This document shows, one piece after another, positions 22,848 to 35,091 of a stretch of 64,000 nt of DNA. The notes under the pieces are model-generated. The model ran no database searches. It had not been told where the DNA came from and worked only from the letters and a program-made list of their open reading frames with translations. Location: contig NIVC01001279.1 in assembly GCA_002269645.1 (NCBI GenBank), positions 186,001 through 250,000 of the forward strand. Reading direction: 5' to 3'. Numbering within the stretch: position 1 is the stretch's first letter; every line of letters starts with the position of its first letter. The position numbers and the translations under genes are program-made. Origin of the DNA: Macrostomum lignano. Taxonomy: Eukaryota.

Positions 22848-24360
22848 TGAGGCGGAAGGCCTTTTTGTTTCAATAGATGGAATGGCAGCGAAGAGTTTGT
22901 GCTGCTTTGCGCGTGTATTTATATGAGATTTACAAACAACGCCAGATTGAGGGGCCAAGGGAGGTGCGAAAAGGTGGCATGGCGTGATTGGCTACGCCAA
23001 CCCCCCGGCTTAGCGAGCCGGCTAGCTTGGCGCGTACCCACCCCACCTCAGCTAGACAGAGGCGGGGGGGGTTTCCAGTGCGGCTGCACTGGTGCTGCCG
23101 GTCGCGTAGTCTGGCCGCCACACAGCTCCCCCAGCACCGAGCTAGGCCCCGAACGTCGGGTGGTAGCCGAGGCAGCGAGAGCGCCGAGGAGCGGGCGCCG
23201 AAGGCGGCGGGGGCGCGAGGCGGGCGCCGAAGGCAGCAGAGCGCCGATGGCAGCAGGTCGCCGAGCGGGCGCCGATGGCAGCAGGTCGCCGAGCGGGCGC
23301 CGATGGCAGCAGGTCGCCGAGCGGTCGCCGGGCGGGCGCCGAAAGCAGCAGGGCGCCAGGCGGGCGCCGGGCGGGCGCCGAAGGCAGCAGGGCGCCAGGC
23401 GGGCGCCGAAGGCAGCAGGGCGCCAGGCGGGCGCCGAAGGCAGCAGCAGGGCGCCAGGCGGGCGCCGAAGGCAGCAGCAGGGCGCCAGGCGGGCGCCGAA
23501 GGCGGCAGGGCGCGAGGCGGGCGCCGAAGGCAGCAGGGGCGCGAGGCGGGCGCCGAAGGCAGCAGGGCGCCAGGCGGGCGCCGAAGGCAGCAGAACGCCA
23601 GGCGGGCGCCGAAGACAGCAGGGCGCCAGGCGGGCACCGATAGCAGCAGGGCGCCAGGCGGGCGCCGATGGCAGCAGGGCGCCAGGTGGGCGCCGAAGGC
23701 AGCAGGGCGCGCGGCCGTACCACACCAGAGGCAATCGACAGTCAGTTGCCGCCGTGAGCCGGATCGATGCTCCTGCACAGAGGCTGGGGACGTTAGGCTA
23801 GCAGCAGCGGTGCTAACCTAGAAGTAGCTGCAGCGTGTGGCGCTGGTTGGTCCAACGCGGGGGCCGAAAGGCGAGACCCCAGGAGCTACCGGGGGCGGGC
23901 TGACTGGGCCGATTCGTGCTGCTGGGCTGCGGTGCTGCTGGGCTGCGGTGCTGCTGTGCTGCGGTGCTGCGGTGCTGCGGTGCTGCGGTGCTGCCGTTGC
24001 AGTCGGCCAAGGCGGTTGGCTGCCAGGACCGCACAGGGCCGACCAGGTAGGCCCAGCGTTCCGCGCTGGGTGTCGGGCTCACCAATGAGGCGGAAGGCCT
24101 TTTTGTTTCAATAGATGGAATGGCAGCGAAGAGTTTGTGCTGCTTTGCGCGTGTATTTATATGAGATTTACAAACAACGCCAGATTGAGGGGCCAAGGGA
24201 GGTGCGAAAAGGTGGCATGGCGTGATTGGCTACGCCAACCCCCCCTTAGCGAGCCGGCTAGCTTGGCGCGTACCCACCCCACCTCAGCTAGACAGAGGCG
24301 GGGGGGGGGTTTCCAGTGCGGCTGCACTGGTGCTGCCGGTCGCGTAGTCTGGCCGCCACA
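22848..24360 (-). mobile_element. Non-coding 1513-bp LTR retroelement (TRIM/LARD-like)
   Basis: Two 275-bp TG...CA direct repeats (22848-23122, 24086-24360) differing only by two small indels at C/G runs; PBS-like TGGTGAGCCCGAC (24084-24072) 1 nt from the 5' LTR; GGGGGAG tract (23132-23126) before the 3' LTR; TATAAATA (22923-22916) and CCAAT (22991-22987) in the sense direction. Confidence 0.85.
23190..23715. repeat. GC-rich compound tandem array inside the TRIM-like element
   Basis: Variable 24-30-bp units built from GGGCGCCGAAGGCAGCA and GGGCGCCAGGC; also (GCTGCGGT)n at about 23925-23995. Confidence 0.9.
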
Positions 24361-25543
24361 AACTGTATTTATTTTGTGATTACAGCGTCAGCGTCACGCT
24401 GGAAGCTTTAGCCCGTCTCGACTCAATCCGATCACAAGGCATAAAGGCAAAACAGCTAAAATACAACCACATCGATTCAGTCTTTGTAAATAAAACAAAA
24501 CTGTCCAGTCTAAAAGTGCAAAACATTCGCTATAAATTTGATCTTAATATCCCATTCCTTAGATTTTAGAAATATGCACTTTATAAGCCTTTACTTTATA
24601 TTATTAATAATGCCTGACTCGAGATGGAAATCGGTCGTTAGTCAACACAGATGGAAAGCCCATTCGACTGTACCACCAGGAATGTTTAATAATGGGATCC
24701 AGATCCAGTCCTTAAGTGCAATCTAGGAGTGGCCCACAAGAGGGAAGTAAAAGGCTTGGTTGCGGATGGGAGGACCATGAAAAACTTTTTTTGATGCTCG
24801 AACGCAAGCCTAACTCCTATCGAAATGCTTTGTGTAATTCAGATGCTTCCCACACATAATACACCTACTAAACTACGCACAAAAACATACTTTGCAAAGC
24901 AATTCGTGCGGCCACGCCGGGGACACTTTGCCAGAATCAGCAAAACAGAAGAAAGTTAGTGCCAGGAAACACACACACACACACGAATACAATACATAAA
25001 TGTTTCCAGAATCTACGTCAAAAAAGATTTATTACCTCATTCGTTCGACCCCGTATATCCGTCCTCTCATAGCGTCGGAACAAAAAAACAATTTGCTGCT
25101 ATCTACCAAAGCTATAATACCGTCTGACTGACTGACTGAATGTCGTGATAAAGCAAAACTAAGAAACATAATCCAAATGAAAAAATGAGATTTCGGATGC
25201 AAATTCAATCCAGTACCACGAACTTACACGACAGGAATTCAGACAAAGCGACGGAACGTTCAAACGTGACACCCAGAGAGAATTGGGAGACAGAAAGAAC
25301 AACGATAACATTTTAACTGCAGTGCTGCAAAGTATGGGTGTCTGCCATTAAATTAACCTTTGCTTGTCACTACATGCATTCCGTCACAAGCGTCACAACC
25401 AAATTACAAACCATATATTGAATCACTGAAGAGAGGGATACTGTAGACTACAGAAGAAGCAAAGGGAAAGTTGCCTACCCGAAGATCCAAGAACTAGTGG
25501 TAGAAGTAGCCTACCGAACTACCAGGGTGGTGCAGTAACCTTA

Positions 25544-25682
25544 GGGTCCGTTCACATTACCGCTCGTAGCTCTGTGGATCCAAGATTGATTGAATCAATT
25601 TGCAGTTGGTTCACGCCCATGTTAAATTTGATTTGAGAAATCTTAGACCCGTGGAGCTTACTGTGGTAATGTGAACCCGCCT
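25544..25682. mobile_element. 139-bp PIF/Harbinger (Tourist-like) MITE
   Basis: 18-bp TIRs (14/18, core GTTCACATTACC perfect); 3-bp TTA duplication at 25541-25543 and 25683-25685. Confidence 0.7.
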
Positions 25683-28474
25683 TTACTGAAGGACCGGGAG
25701 TAGCAGCGAGATACCAAAAACCACAAGGGTTGGACTAGAGAGGGCTAGTAAAAACACTGGTAAATTCCGGGTAGACATACGAGCAAAGTCATGTGTGGTC
25801 TACCAAAAACTAGAATGGTAAGCTAGCAGCGGCCTTCATAAAGATTAGTTAGAAAGGAGCGCCGACCCAAAAAGGGATGAAGCACACATTAAATTAAATT
25901 TAGACAGAGCTAAGCCAGACACCAGCATAAATAAAAAACTCAGCCAATGTTTGTAGATAAGTTGCACAAGTGCACGCGAACTAGAGGCGAATCTGATTGA
26001 TTAATATACTCGCTCGTTTCGTTAAAAACTTAAAGCTCCAAGTCGCAGGAAAACCAATGCTAATCTGTGCTAATATCTATACGAAATCCTCTGATACATT
26101 TACTGTGGATAAAAAATGCATACAGTGCGGTATTGCAGCAAAATATTCATAAAACATAGCGATAGTCCCTGCAGCGACTCAAGTGTTTACACAAAACCCC
26201 AGACATCGGACTATACAAAGGGGGCCGAAGTTCGGCTACACAGCTTTGTTTACCCAACACACACGCATATGGGGGAATTTACAAGATTACCTTTCGCATG
26301 TCTTTGAGCGATATGGGAGCGTAAGATAAAGGCAACTAAATAAATAAACTAATTAGATTCGTCTAGCTACATTCGCATAATAAAGGTAGATAAACTTTCA
26401 CATCGTCGCAGATCAATTGATCAAATGTGGCGAAACGGAAACAGAAAAATAAAACCATAAATCAATACTTTGTAACGCAGCTCTACAAAGCAGGAATCAA
26501 AATATTGTTAAGACACGCAACTAGTCGGTCCGGAAAAATAACAGAAAAAGCAACTGTCTTCGTTAAAGAAGGATGTAAAGTTAATTTGAACTATTGTAGA
26601 AAACATACTAGATATCTGGATTTTTATCCTTGAAGAAAAAGTCATATTTTGTACACTCTTCAATAGCATTAAAAATTTATTAAATTTTCTATATAGCTGG
26701 GGTGGATCTCGTGAAGCCACTTGCCAGACAAATTACAAGTGACAAGTGACATTCCGCCAACTAATGCGTTCCATGAGAAGTTGTGACAAATCTACAAGTT
26801 ACAAGTGACAATTAGTCAAGCGCTATCCTGACAAGTGAAAAAACTTGTCAAGCGTTTCGTTTAACAAAACATCCGGCATTTAAATGATTTGGAGTGTTTT
26901 GTTTCGTATCCCTATACAAAAAATAAACTAACATCTGCTACTCATTCGCTTTGACTCATATTAATTATAATGCCTTCGAATTGCAAGGGGAATAAGAGCT
27001 AACATATCTCGAAGCACGCTCAGTCAGTCATTTCCCAAGACAGAATCTAATGCATCTTTACACAATCTATCAGTCAAAGAAAGCTTACTTGCTCACCGGT
27101 GCCGAAAATATATGGTCGGTGAAATAAAAAAAATCGATTTTAACACCCGTCACCATTCTTAAGCGACATGAAAGGATACTAGCCTCTGAGTGACAGAGAT
27201 TTCGCATAGATATTTTTGCAACTCAGCCTTATATGACATGCAGCCATGAAGACTTACAAAGAAATAAAATTATAATTAAACCCCATCGACAAAGTCGATA
27301 TCGTTCTATCGTTCGATATCGACAAAGCCATAAAAAAGTTAAAAACGATAGGACTTTTTGAAATAATTAAGCCAATGCTGAGCAGTGCTATTAGCTAGGA
27401 TACGCTCGTAACATTTCCATGACTACAATATATTTTTACTTACAGTAAGCTAGTTGATCTAACTCCGTTATATTGGGCTCTATATATGCGTGGCCACACT
27501 ATTATGAACTCATTCCATTTTTTAGATACTAAGTGCAAAAACTAAATATCGATGAAAATTTCTATATGATAAATACGCAACTATGGGCACTGAAAATTTA
27601 ATAATACGAGCTAAAAGAAGTCTCTCAGACCGGAAGCTGGAATGCTCTGAGGGCTATTGTTAAAGCCGCTGCCTTAACTTCTCGAATGCAAGGCTTGCGT
27701 GACCCGATGAAAGACAGACAGGCAGGGAGCAGAGCTGATAGCGCAGGAGCCAGAATTACAGTGTAACAGTGACAAGTCTGTCAGAAATCATCAAATATTG
27801 TGAATATCCACACTGGGTCTGGGAACTTCGAGGGACACTGGCTAGATTCGTTAGTGTGCCACATAAAGTTGTCTTTACGCAAGCAAAGTAAGAATTTTTG
27901 TCACGAAGCTCTGCATGCTATCAGCCGCCAATGTGGGAAAATAAAAAAATTACCCGAGGTTTTGACATGCAACACACTTATTGCATCTAGCTTAGAATTC
28001 CTGATGACAGCTAGAAATATAGCTCGTAGAAGACCATAAGAAATCTCCCGGGAGCTGGCTTTCTTATCCATTTACTCGTCAGAAAACCCACAAAATCAAA
28101 AGGACATTTACGAGAGCACAACAAAAAGATGGGAATAGGAAAAGCATAGAAAAACTGGCGAAAGCCAATCAGACCTAACCACGAGCGGGAGACGGCGAGA
28201 GGCCAGAAATATAAGGTTAAAAACGAAGAGTGGGAAAAAGCTCGGCTACATCAAAATCCCTGGCCTGAGGCACTTGCTCTCTAACTCCAAATTCCAGCCA
28301 GAAAAGCACGCTCCAAAGGCAGCGACTATCAGACAGTGTTTGAAGGCCATGACCAAACAAAAGGCTTTGTTGCCAACTAATTTCCTAACACAATAGCCTA
28401 CAATTGTTTCCACTTTGCCCAGGAACATTACTAATACGACAGCGACCGACGCTTGAAGCGCATTCAACGACAGA

Positions 28475-29842
28475 ATGCCAGACAACCAAACAACTAAGAT
28501 AAACTACAGCAAAAGCGATATGGCATTAGACATGGCCCTGCTAATAGCTCTCTCAGTTATCGGCGTTTTTGGCAACAGTCTCATCATAATCTGCGTGATA
28601 GTACACAAGAAGATGAAAAATGTCACTTCGCTCTTTGTAGCGAACCTCGCTGCAGCCGACCTGTTCTTGGCCGGTTTAGTCGCCCCGGGTTCAATTCGAA
28701 TGCTATGGCACCAACCCGGCATGCCAAATAGCCCCTGGTGCAAATTGTTCGGTATTGCACTGTTCTTTAGCTGCGCCGCTACTGTCAACTTTAGCGCTTT
28801 GATAGCACTCACTCGCTACATTGTTATCTGTAAGTCTCACCTGGTCGTGCAACTGTTCAGACACAAGCGAAGCGCACTTTGGTGCATCGGACTGTGGACA
28901 TATAGTGTGATACAAGTGGCACTGCCATCAGGCACTCAGCTATTCCAATACAACTACAATCAGGTGATCGACGTCTGCCACTTAAACTACACTAAACACC
29001 CAATTGCAATTGCCGTGTACATCAATGTCCTGTGCTTTTTGCCTTGTGTGGTAGTCTGCATCGCCTGCTACGCATTGATTTTTTCCGTACTCAGGCGCAC
29101 AAGACGAAACTTGCAACAGCACATGGGAGCCGCCAATGCCGCTTTTCTGGCCAGAAAACTGAGCCGCGAAAGACGTGCAACGCTGCCGCTCTTTATATCA
29201 TTAGTGTCATTCTTTCTTCACTGGCTACCGGTAATGATTTTATTCGGCGTTGATCCAAGCTTTCAATACAATCCTCAGATTCATCGCTACCTTGGCATAT
29301 TTAGCATATCAAGCGCCTGTGACAACTGGATTATTTACGGCATACTAAACAGAAACTTTGCCGATGGATACCGTTTAGTTCTGTGCTACTGGCGACGGAT
29401 TTGGGGAGCTCAACCAGCTGGCAGCGTCGATCAGAAACTGGCCCGGCGTGCTAGCAAGGCCAACCATTCGCACCCGCCGTCAGAACTGCGACAAGCCAAT
29501 CATCCCATGGCCATTCCTCTAGTCAGCGAAGAGGATTTCAACGATCTAAGCGCCAACAATTGCAGATCCCGAGAGGCGGAGCAGATCGCCGAAGATCACG
29601 ATTATAACGATGGTTCATCATCGAATTCTGAATCGGATTCGGATGCTGGGGCTGAGGACGAGTTTCAGCGCATCAACAGCCGATGCTGCAGTTATCCTAA
29701 AAACACGGGACAGCAGCAACAGCTGCATCTGCAAGTGCAAAGAGACGGAAGTAGCAACACGCAGAGCTTTGAGCTAACACCCGTGCATCAACTGTTAGCA
29801 GCTCCTGCGTCTATTGATGATGAAAATGAGGACAAGGAATAA
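28475..29842 (+). CDS. Intronless class A (rhodopsin-like) GPCR, melatonin-receptor-like orphan, 455 aa
   Basis: Seven hydrophobic segments; TM1 GN, TM2 NLAAAD, TM3 Cys and ALTRYIVIC, TM4 W, TM6 FFLHWLP, TM7 DNWIIYG..NRNF; N-terminal NQT/NYS sequons; long acidic/Gln C-tail. Confidence 0.93.
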   Translation: MPDNQTTKINYSKSDMALDMALLIALSVIGVFGNSLIIICVIVHKKMKNVTSLFVANLAAADLFLAGLVAPGSIRMLWHQPGMPNSPWCKLFGIALFFSCAATVNFSALIALTRYIVICKSHLVVQLFRHKRSALWCIGLWTYSVIQVALPSGTQLFQYNYNQVIDVCHLNYTKHPIAIAVYINVLCFLPCVVVCIACYALIFSVLRRTRRNLQQHMGAANAAFLARKLSRERRATLPLFISLVSFFLHWLPVMILFGVDPSFQYNPQIHRYLGIFSISSACDNWIIYGILNRNFADGYRLVLCYWRRIWGAQPAGSVDQKLARRASKANHSHPPSELRQANHPMAIPLVSEEDFNDLSANNCRSREAEQIAEDHDYNDGSSSNSESDSDAGAEDEFQRINSRCCSYPKNTGQQQQLHLQVQRDGSSNTQSFELTPVHQLLAAPASIDDENEDKE

Positions 29843-32800
29843 GTTATGCCGATAGATCGTACTTTTGAATAACCGTTAATACATTTATACTCAGCTAATG
29901 GATACTAAATTGACGATGAGTTGCTTTAAGCGTAAGCGTAAATACCAATTCTCGTCACAACTTTACTAAAAACGTTGCTTTGCATGTTACTACTTTGTAT
30001 ATGCATTATAAAGTAAAAATATCTCGGAAGTTGCAACAGCTTTGTACTTATATCCAGAAATCCAAATACTTTCGCGTGGTATAATGCCCTGATTCAAATT
30101 ACAGACTGCAGAATATAAAGCAGATTGACAAATGCCTAAAGAATGACGACAGTGTCAACGATAACCGTTTGCATGACAAATCAAGAGCAAATTCGTGTTC
30201 TAGCATTTTTTTAGACATTTGCATGCCTAAACTATAGCAGAACGTTTCACAAATCAAGCTATTGAATGAAAGTAATAACAAGTAACTATAAGCCAATAAT
30301 AGGCTGCAGTAAGCGGCTGAGAAACAATAGTCACGTGAGATGCCAATGCCATCAGCAAGTCAAAAATCCACCTATCTAAATGAGATAATAGATAAAAAAC
30401 TACAAGCTGGAAATACGATGAGGGCTAGAACAAACAAAAGCGAACTCAATGCGAAATTGCAGAGTAGCATATAGCTGAGCGAGTAAATTCGCATGAAATT
30501 TGAGTTAGCTACAGCTCCGGGTTAAATAAAGCCTCCTCCAAGTGATCCTAAACGACGTCAAAATGTAAGCCAGAATGATTCGATCAGTCAAAGAGTCAGG
30601 ATAAAAGACGAAAAATTGAAAGATGCAGAAAAGTCAACAGTTAATCCAGCCACTAGAAAAGGGCAAAAAGCGTTCTCTAGCTAGTTCAAGTCCAAGAGCC
30701 AATGCACAATATATGGACCTGTGGCAATGGGGTGGAAATTGTATATGAGCACTTAAAGCACTTATATGAGCAGAACAGGGGCAGTTCAGGTACAGTATCT
30801 ACATAATATCCCAGTGGAGCACTGGCGCCCGCGGTCCAACATATGGCGCTGGGCGCCAGAACATCGAACCTCGACGCCGAGTTTTTCAGAATTTTTACTG
30901 TACTACTTATTATCAAAAGGGCGGATAGTGGAGTACACTGTGTTTAAAAGCACGTTTTTTTATTATTTAAGGTGTCTATTATTAATAATTTCCTGTTCTT
31001 TTGTCTAAATTTTTATCTGCCGAACAATTTTTAGGACTCAAACATCTTTTGTGTCTAAAAAAACATATTATCGAAAAAAATTCTCGACCAATAATGTTTC
31101 TAAAAATGCTACTGACAGTAGGCGATTGACATTAAGAAGATTGCTAAAACAATTTCCTGTTTTGTCAAATTTCTGGTTTATGATTATGTCTTAAAGTTCT
31201 GAAAGAATTCTAGAAAAATATGAGTACATGTAGGACAGAGGAAATCAGGAAAAAATCTAGATTTCCCAAGCTGTATCAGTACACTGAGACTTGATTTTCA
31301 ACAAATAGTTATATTTGGCTAGTCAGTGTCTAGCACAAAAAGAATCATATCTCTATCTCATTCAAGCATTTGCTATATGCACGCTTAAATTTTATCCAAA
31401 ACTGGAAAAGTCAACAATATACAGAGTGAATTGTCATCCAGAAAATACTTAACACTCTACTGTAAGTAGCAAGCAGTTACGTGTAAAGTTTACATATAAT
31501 TTTTCATGAAATTAAACAACTTTTTCCTTATTGATTGTTTTTTTATAAAGTAATCAGCTTCATTTGCCAAAGTAAAAAAAGTAACAAAATACTATTGAAT
31601 AGCCCTATAAATCTTCAAAATGGTAAAATCTTAAGTCTTAGTTACAAGGGCTTAAAGGTAAGAAAATATAAGCATTGCATTTTAATAGAAATAAAATAGA
31701 GTTCTACCATAGTTACAAATATGGTCATGGGAATTTATGGACATAAGGGTTTTTAGATAAAATATACATATATAGTTATAGGAATACATATTTCCCATAT
31801 ATAGTTCCTAAAATATCTAGTAATATGAGCTATTTAGGACCTGAAAAGACTTAAAAGATCATTGGAGACCCTTGATTAATGGTTAGAAAGGTGTAGAATA
31901 ATAAAAAATGAATATTAGTTTTAATGCTTTTAAAGGGGGAACTCTTAATAAGTCCTAAGAATAGACCTAGGGACTCAAGCAATATAGAATTTTTATTCCT
32001 TATGCACATTAAGTTATTAGGGTCGTATAAGAAATAAAGTCAAGATTTATATTTTTATTTCCCATGCAAAGGGCCTAGATAAACTACAAATATAACTAAA
32101 AAAACAAAATAAGTAAAAAACCAAATCTAAAACTATATAAAAATAAATCTTGTCTTATTAATACTGAATAAGTTTTTTTTCATCAGGGCCCATATATATT
32201 ATTGATGAATTTTGTGTTTTTATCAGTGAAGTCAAGTCAATAGTCATAATTTTGATTAGATATAAATTATCACTTAGACTAAAACCTTTTAAGGGTTTAT
32301 TAAAGCGATACAATAAACAGTAATATTCAGCCATGTAAATTAAGTATACACAGAATTTCTAGTTCTGGTATTTTTCTTAGTATAAAGAATAATGACTAGG
32401 GCCTAAAGACATGTGTATATGCATTTTGAGCCTAACTAAATACCACATGATCTTTGAACTATAGATAGCAACAATAAATACATTAAAAAATTAAAGCTAG
32501 CATACATATACAACAAACAGAACTTCAAAAGTAATATTTTACCCAAATGCAAAGGCAACTATCTAGTTGTTAATAACCATAGGATAATTTCAAAAAAATC
32601 TTTATAAAAAGGGTTTTGGATTTTTTAGATTTCTTAGTTTTTGCTTCTGTAACTATAACCTGAGTTTTACCTAACTAGTATGATGTAGTTTTCTATGAAA
32701 ATACAATGTCATACATGTATCTAGAGAGCCTTTTTAGAACATAGCTATGCTTTACATAAAATTTGAATATTTTCCCTCTTTGGCTTAAGCTATTTATTGC

Positions 32801-33582
32801 TAATCTTATCTTTATATTTATGTTTTTCAATCACTTAGGTAAGTTTTCTTTTTTCTATATTTTTTGTCTTATAAACTTAAGTTTTTGACTTGTCCCTTAA
32901 TAGTTTAAGTGCCTTTTTGACCAGTTTTGTTATATACCTATTGGCTATTGGCTACTTTATCTACTAGTCATATTGGCTAGGTCAGCTAGGTATTGCCCAT
33001 ACTTTCAAAAATAATAATTTCATGATGATGCATAAAAATGTCAATGCAATACTGCCAATAGGACCTGGGCTAGAGTATCCTTACACTGAATACATTATAT
33101 ATATAGTATATTTAGATAATAGTAAAACATACCATTTTTATTGATGACAATTCAAAGTAATTAAAAGCACTTAAATTAATTAGTCCATTGAAAACAAAAG
33201 CAATTAATTAAATAGGCCCTATATCAGGATAGTGGTGCAGGTGCAACTGTACAAGCAAATTGCAAGAGTGAACTAAGAGATTTTTTAAATACAGGTCCAG
33301 AGTTTTAGGCTATAAATCTAGTGAAAAGCACCCAGTTTGTGACATAAAATGAAACCAACTGTTGCCTGTTGTTTTGAAAGTTTTTATAAATGAAATCACA
33401 TCACAGTCACACCAATCCAATGCAAACCTAAATGTGATAATATTGAAAAGCAATATAATATATGGTTGTAAACTAATTCATTCGAATCGAAAGACACTAA
33501 AGTTAAAGACTAGCTATTTAATCATGATTACAGTTACTTACAAAAGATTATACAGACATGTAAGTTATATTCTATTCTATTA

Positions 33583-35091
33583 GGGCATTTCCGTCAATTA
33601 GGCACTATCGGAAAATTACACTTCAACAAACAGAAAATGATGAATTGTAGCTTAAGCCAGCTAATTGAAGTCAAACAAGGACTTAAACTGAAAAATACAA
33701 CCACTTTTGCTCAATTTAAAGCTATTAAAGATTGTTAATCGGCAAAACTAATGTTGAATAAACCATTTTAAACTTACGTAGACGCCACTTTTTTGGATGT
33801 CCAAACACACAATTTTTAACTTCAACATTAAATAAAAGAGCGAAAAAAACATTTTTTATAGTAATTCTCTTTGTTTCATGAAAAAAACACATTAAACTTT
33901 GTTAAAATCATTCCTTTTCGTTACAACACCTGCAAGAAGTCATTGATTTTTGTCAGTTTTCTTGCTATACCAAAAATTATAAACAGTAAGTTTTTGTATC
34001 ATTTGTACTCATGTTGTACCCTCTCATTTACTCATAAGGCTTTCAATCTACACGTTTTTTAGCTTAAATGAAGGAAAACATCTTTGCGATAATGTATCAG
34101 TATATTTTTTAGCAATGAATTTGCTTAATACATTTTTCTAAGACATTAATTTTTTTTCGATGTGACATCTTAACCACAAGATTGTACTCATGTTGTACCC
34201 AATAATTTTTTTTAGTGCTTTTTATTAGCTGAAAACGATATATTTATGGATTGCTGACATACAGAGCTTCACAAAAAGTGGTCTGCTGAACCTTAATCTG
34301 TCAAAATACCTTAAATATTAACATTTAAATGTAGTAAGCACACTACTTACACGAGATGTATTTTCATGTTGTACCCTTTATTTTATTTTTCGCTAGTTTT
34401 TTTTCTCAAAATCAGTCTTACAAGACTATCATTAAGTATAAAAGCTGGAAAATAAAACAGTTTCACATTAATTTCTTGTTTATTTATCAATAAAAATGTA
34501 ATTTATATTTTGCACTATAGTATGTAGATAGTAATTTACATAGTATTAAATCAATTTTCCCCACATTTACTTGTAATATTGCTTCAGAAAAACTTTCTCT
34601 AGATTGTGGAAGCATATGCATTTCTTGCTGCTTGCAAAGTTGCACTGGAACTTCTGAATAATTACGGTGATCGGCTAGTTACTGAAAAGTAAAATTAGAG
34701 ATTTACGTTCGGTATATCGCGCAGAAAAATTTTTTTGACAAAGTTAAAAAATATCGTATGAACTTATGCGCAAAAATAACAAAATCTGAATTGAAAAGTT
34801 GATTAAAAGCATTAAGAAACAGTTAAAAAATTATTGACTGAAAGAAAGTTAATTATAAGCAAGCAATTATGTCTCAATATAAAATTTTATTCTCCTACGG
34901 TATTAATCGTCTTCTTAGATCAGTATAACTTTTATCGGCAACTTTTATTGTTACCAGAAAATTTCTTGTGCTTCTACAAGATAAAAAAAGAAATTTAATA
35001 ACAAATTCTAGTTAGATTTCCTGTTTTCAACATTTTTCGTCTTCTTTGCACACTCGGACACAATTTGTGTCCCTATTTGGCGGAAATGCCC
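33583..35091. mobile_element. 1509-bp non-autonomous DNA transposon, Sola2-like by termini
   Basis: 23-bp TIRs GGGCATTTCCG(T/C)CAA(T/A)TAGG(C/G)AC (20/23); 4-bp ATTA duplication at 33579-33582 and 35092-35095; no ORF. The superfamily call is tentative. Confidence 0.7.

Noticed and set aside
22899-23821. Six-frame Ala/Arg/Gly/Pro-rich ORFs
   Set aside because: Produced by the GC-rich array inside the TRIM-like element; no gag motifs
26700-26870. GACAAGTGAC-rich patch as a MITE
   Set aside because: No convincing TIR pair or TSD could be defined
27995-28030. CTGATGA...GAAA as another hammerhead
   Set aside because: Stem II cannot close with a 10.1-11.1 pair while keeping G12, and no stem I/III is present
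28475-29842. Intronless genes as bacterial HGT or contamination
   Set aside because: The protein is a clear metazoan 7TM receptor, and intronless class A GPCRs are common
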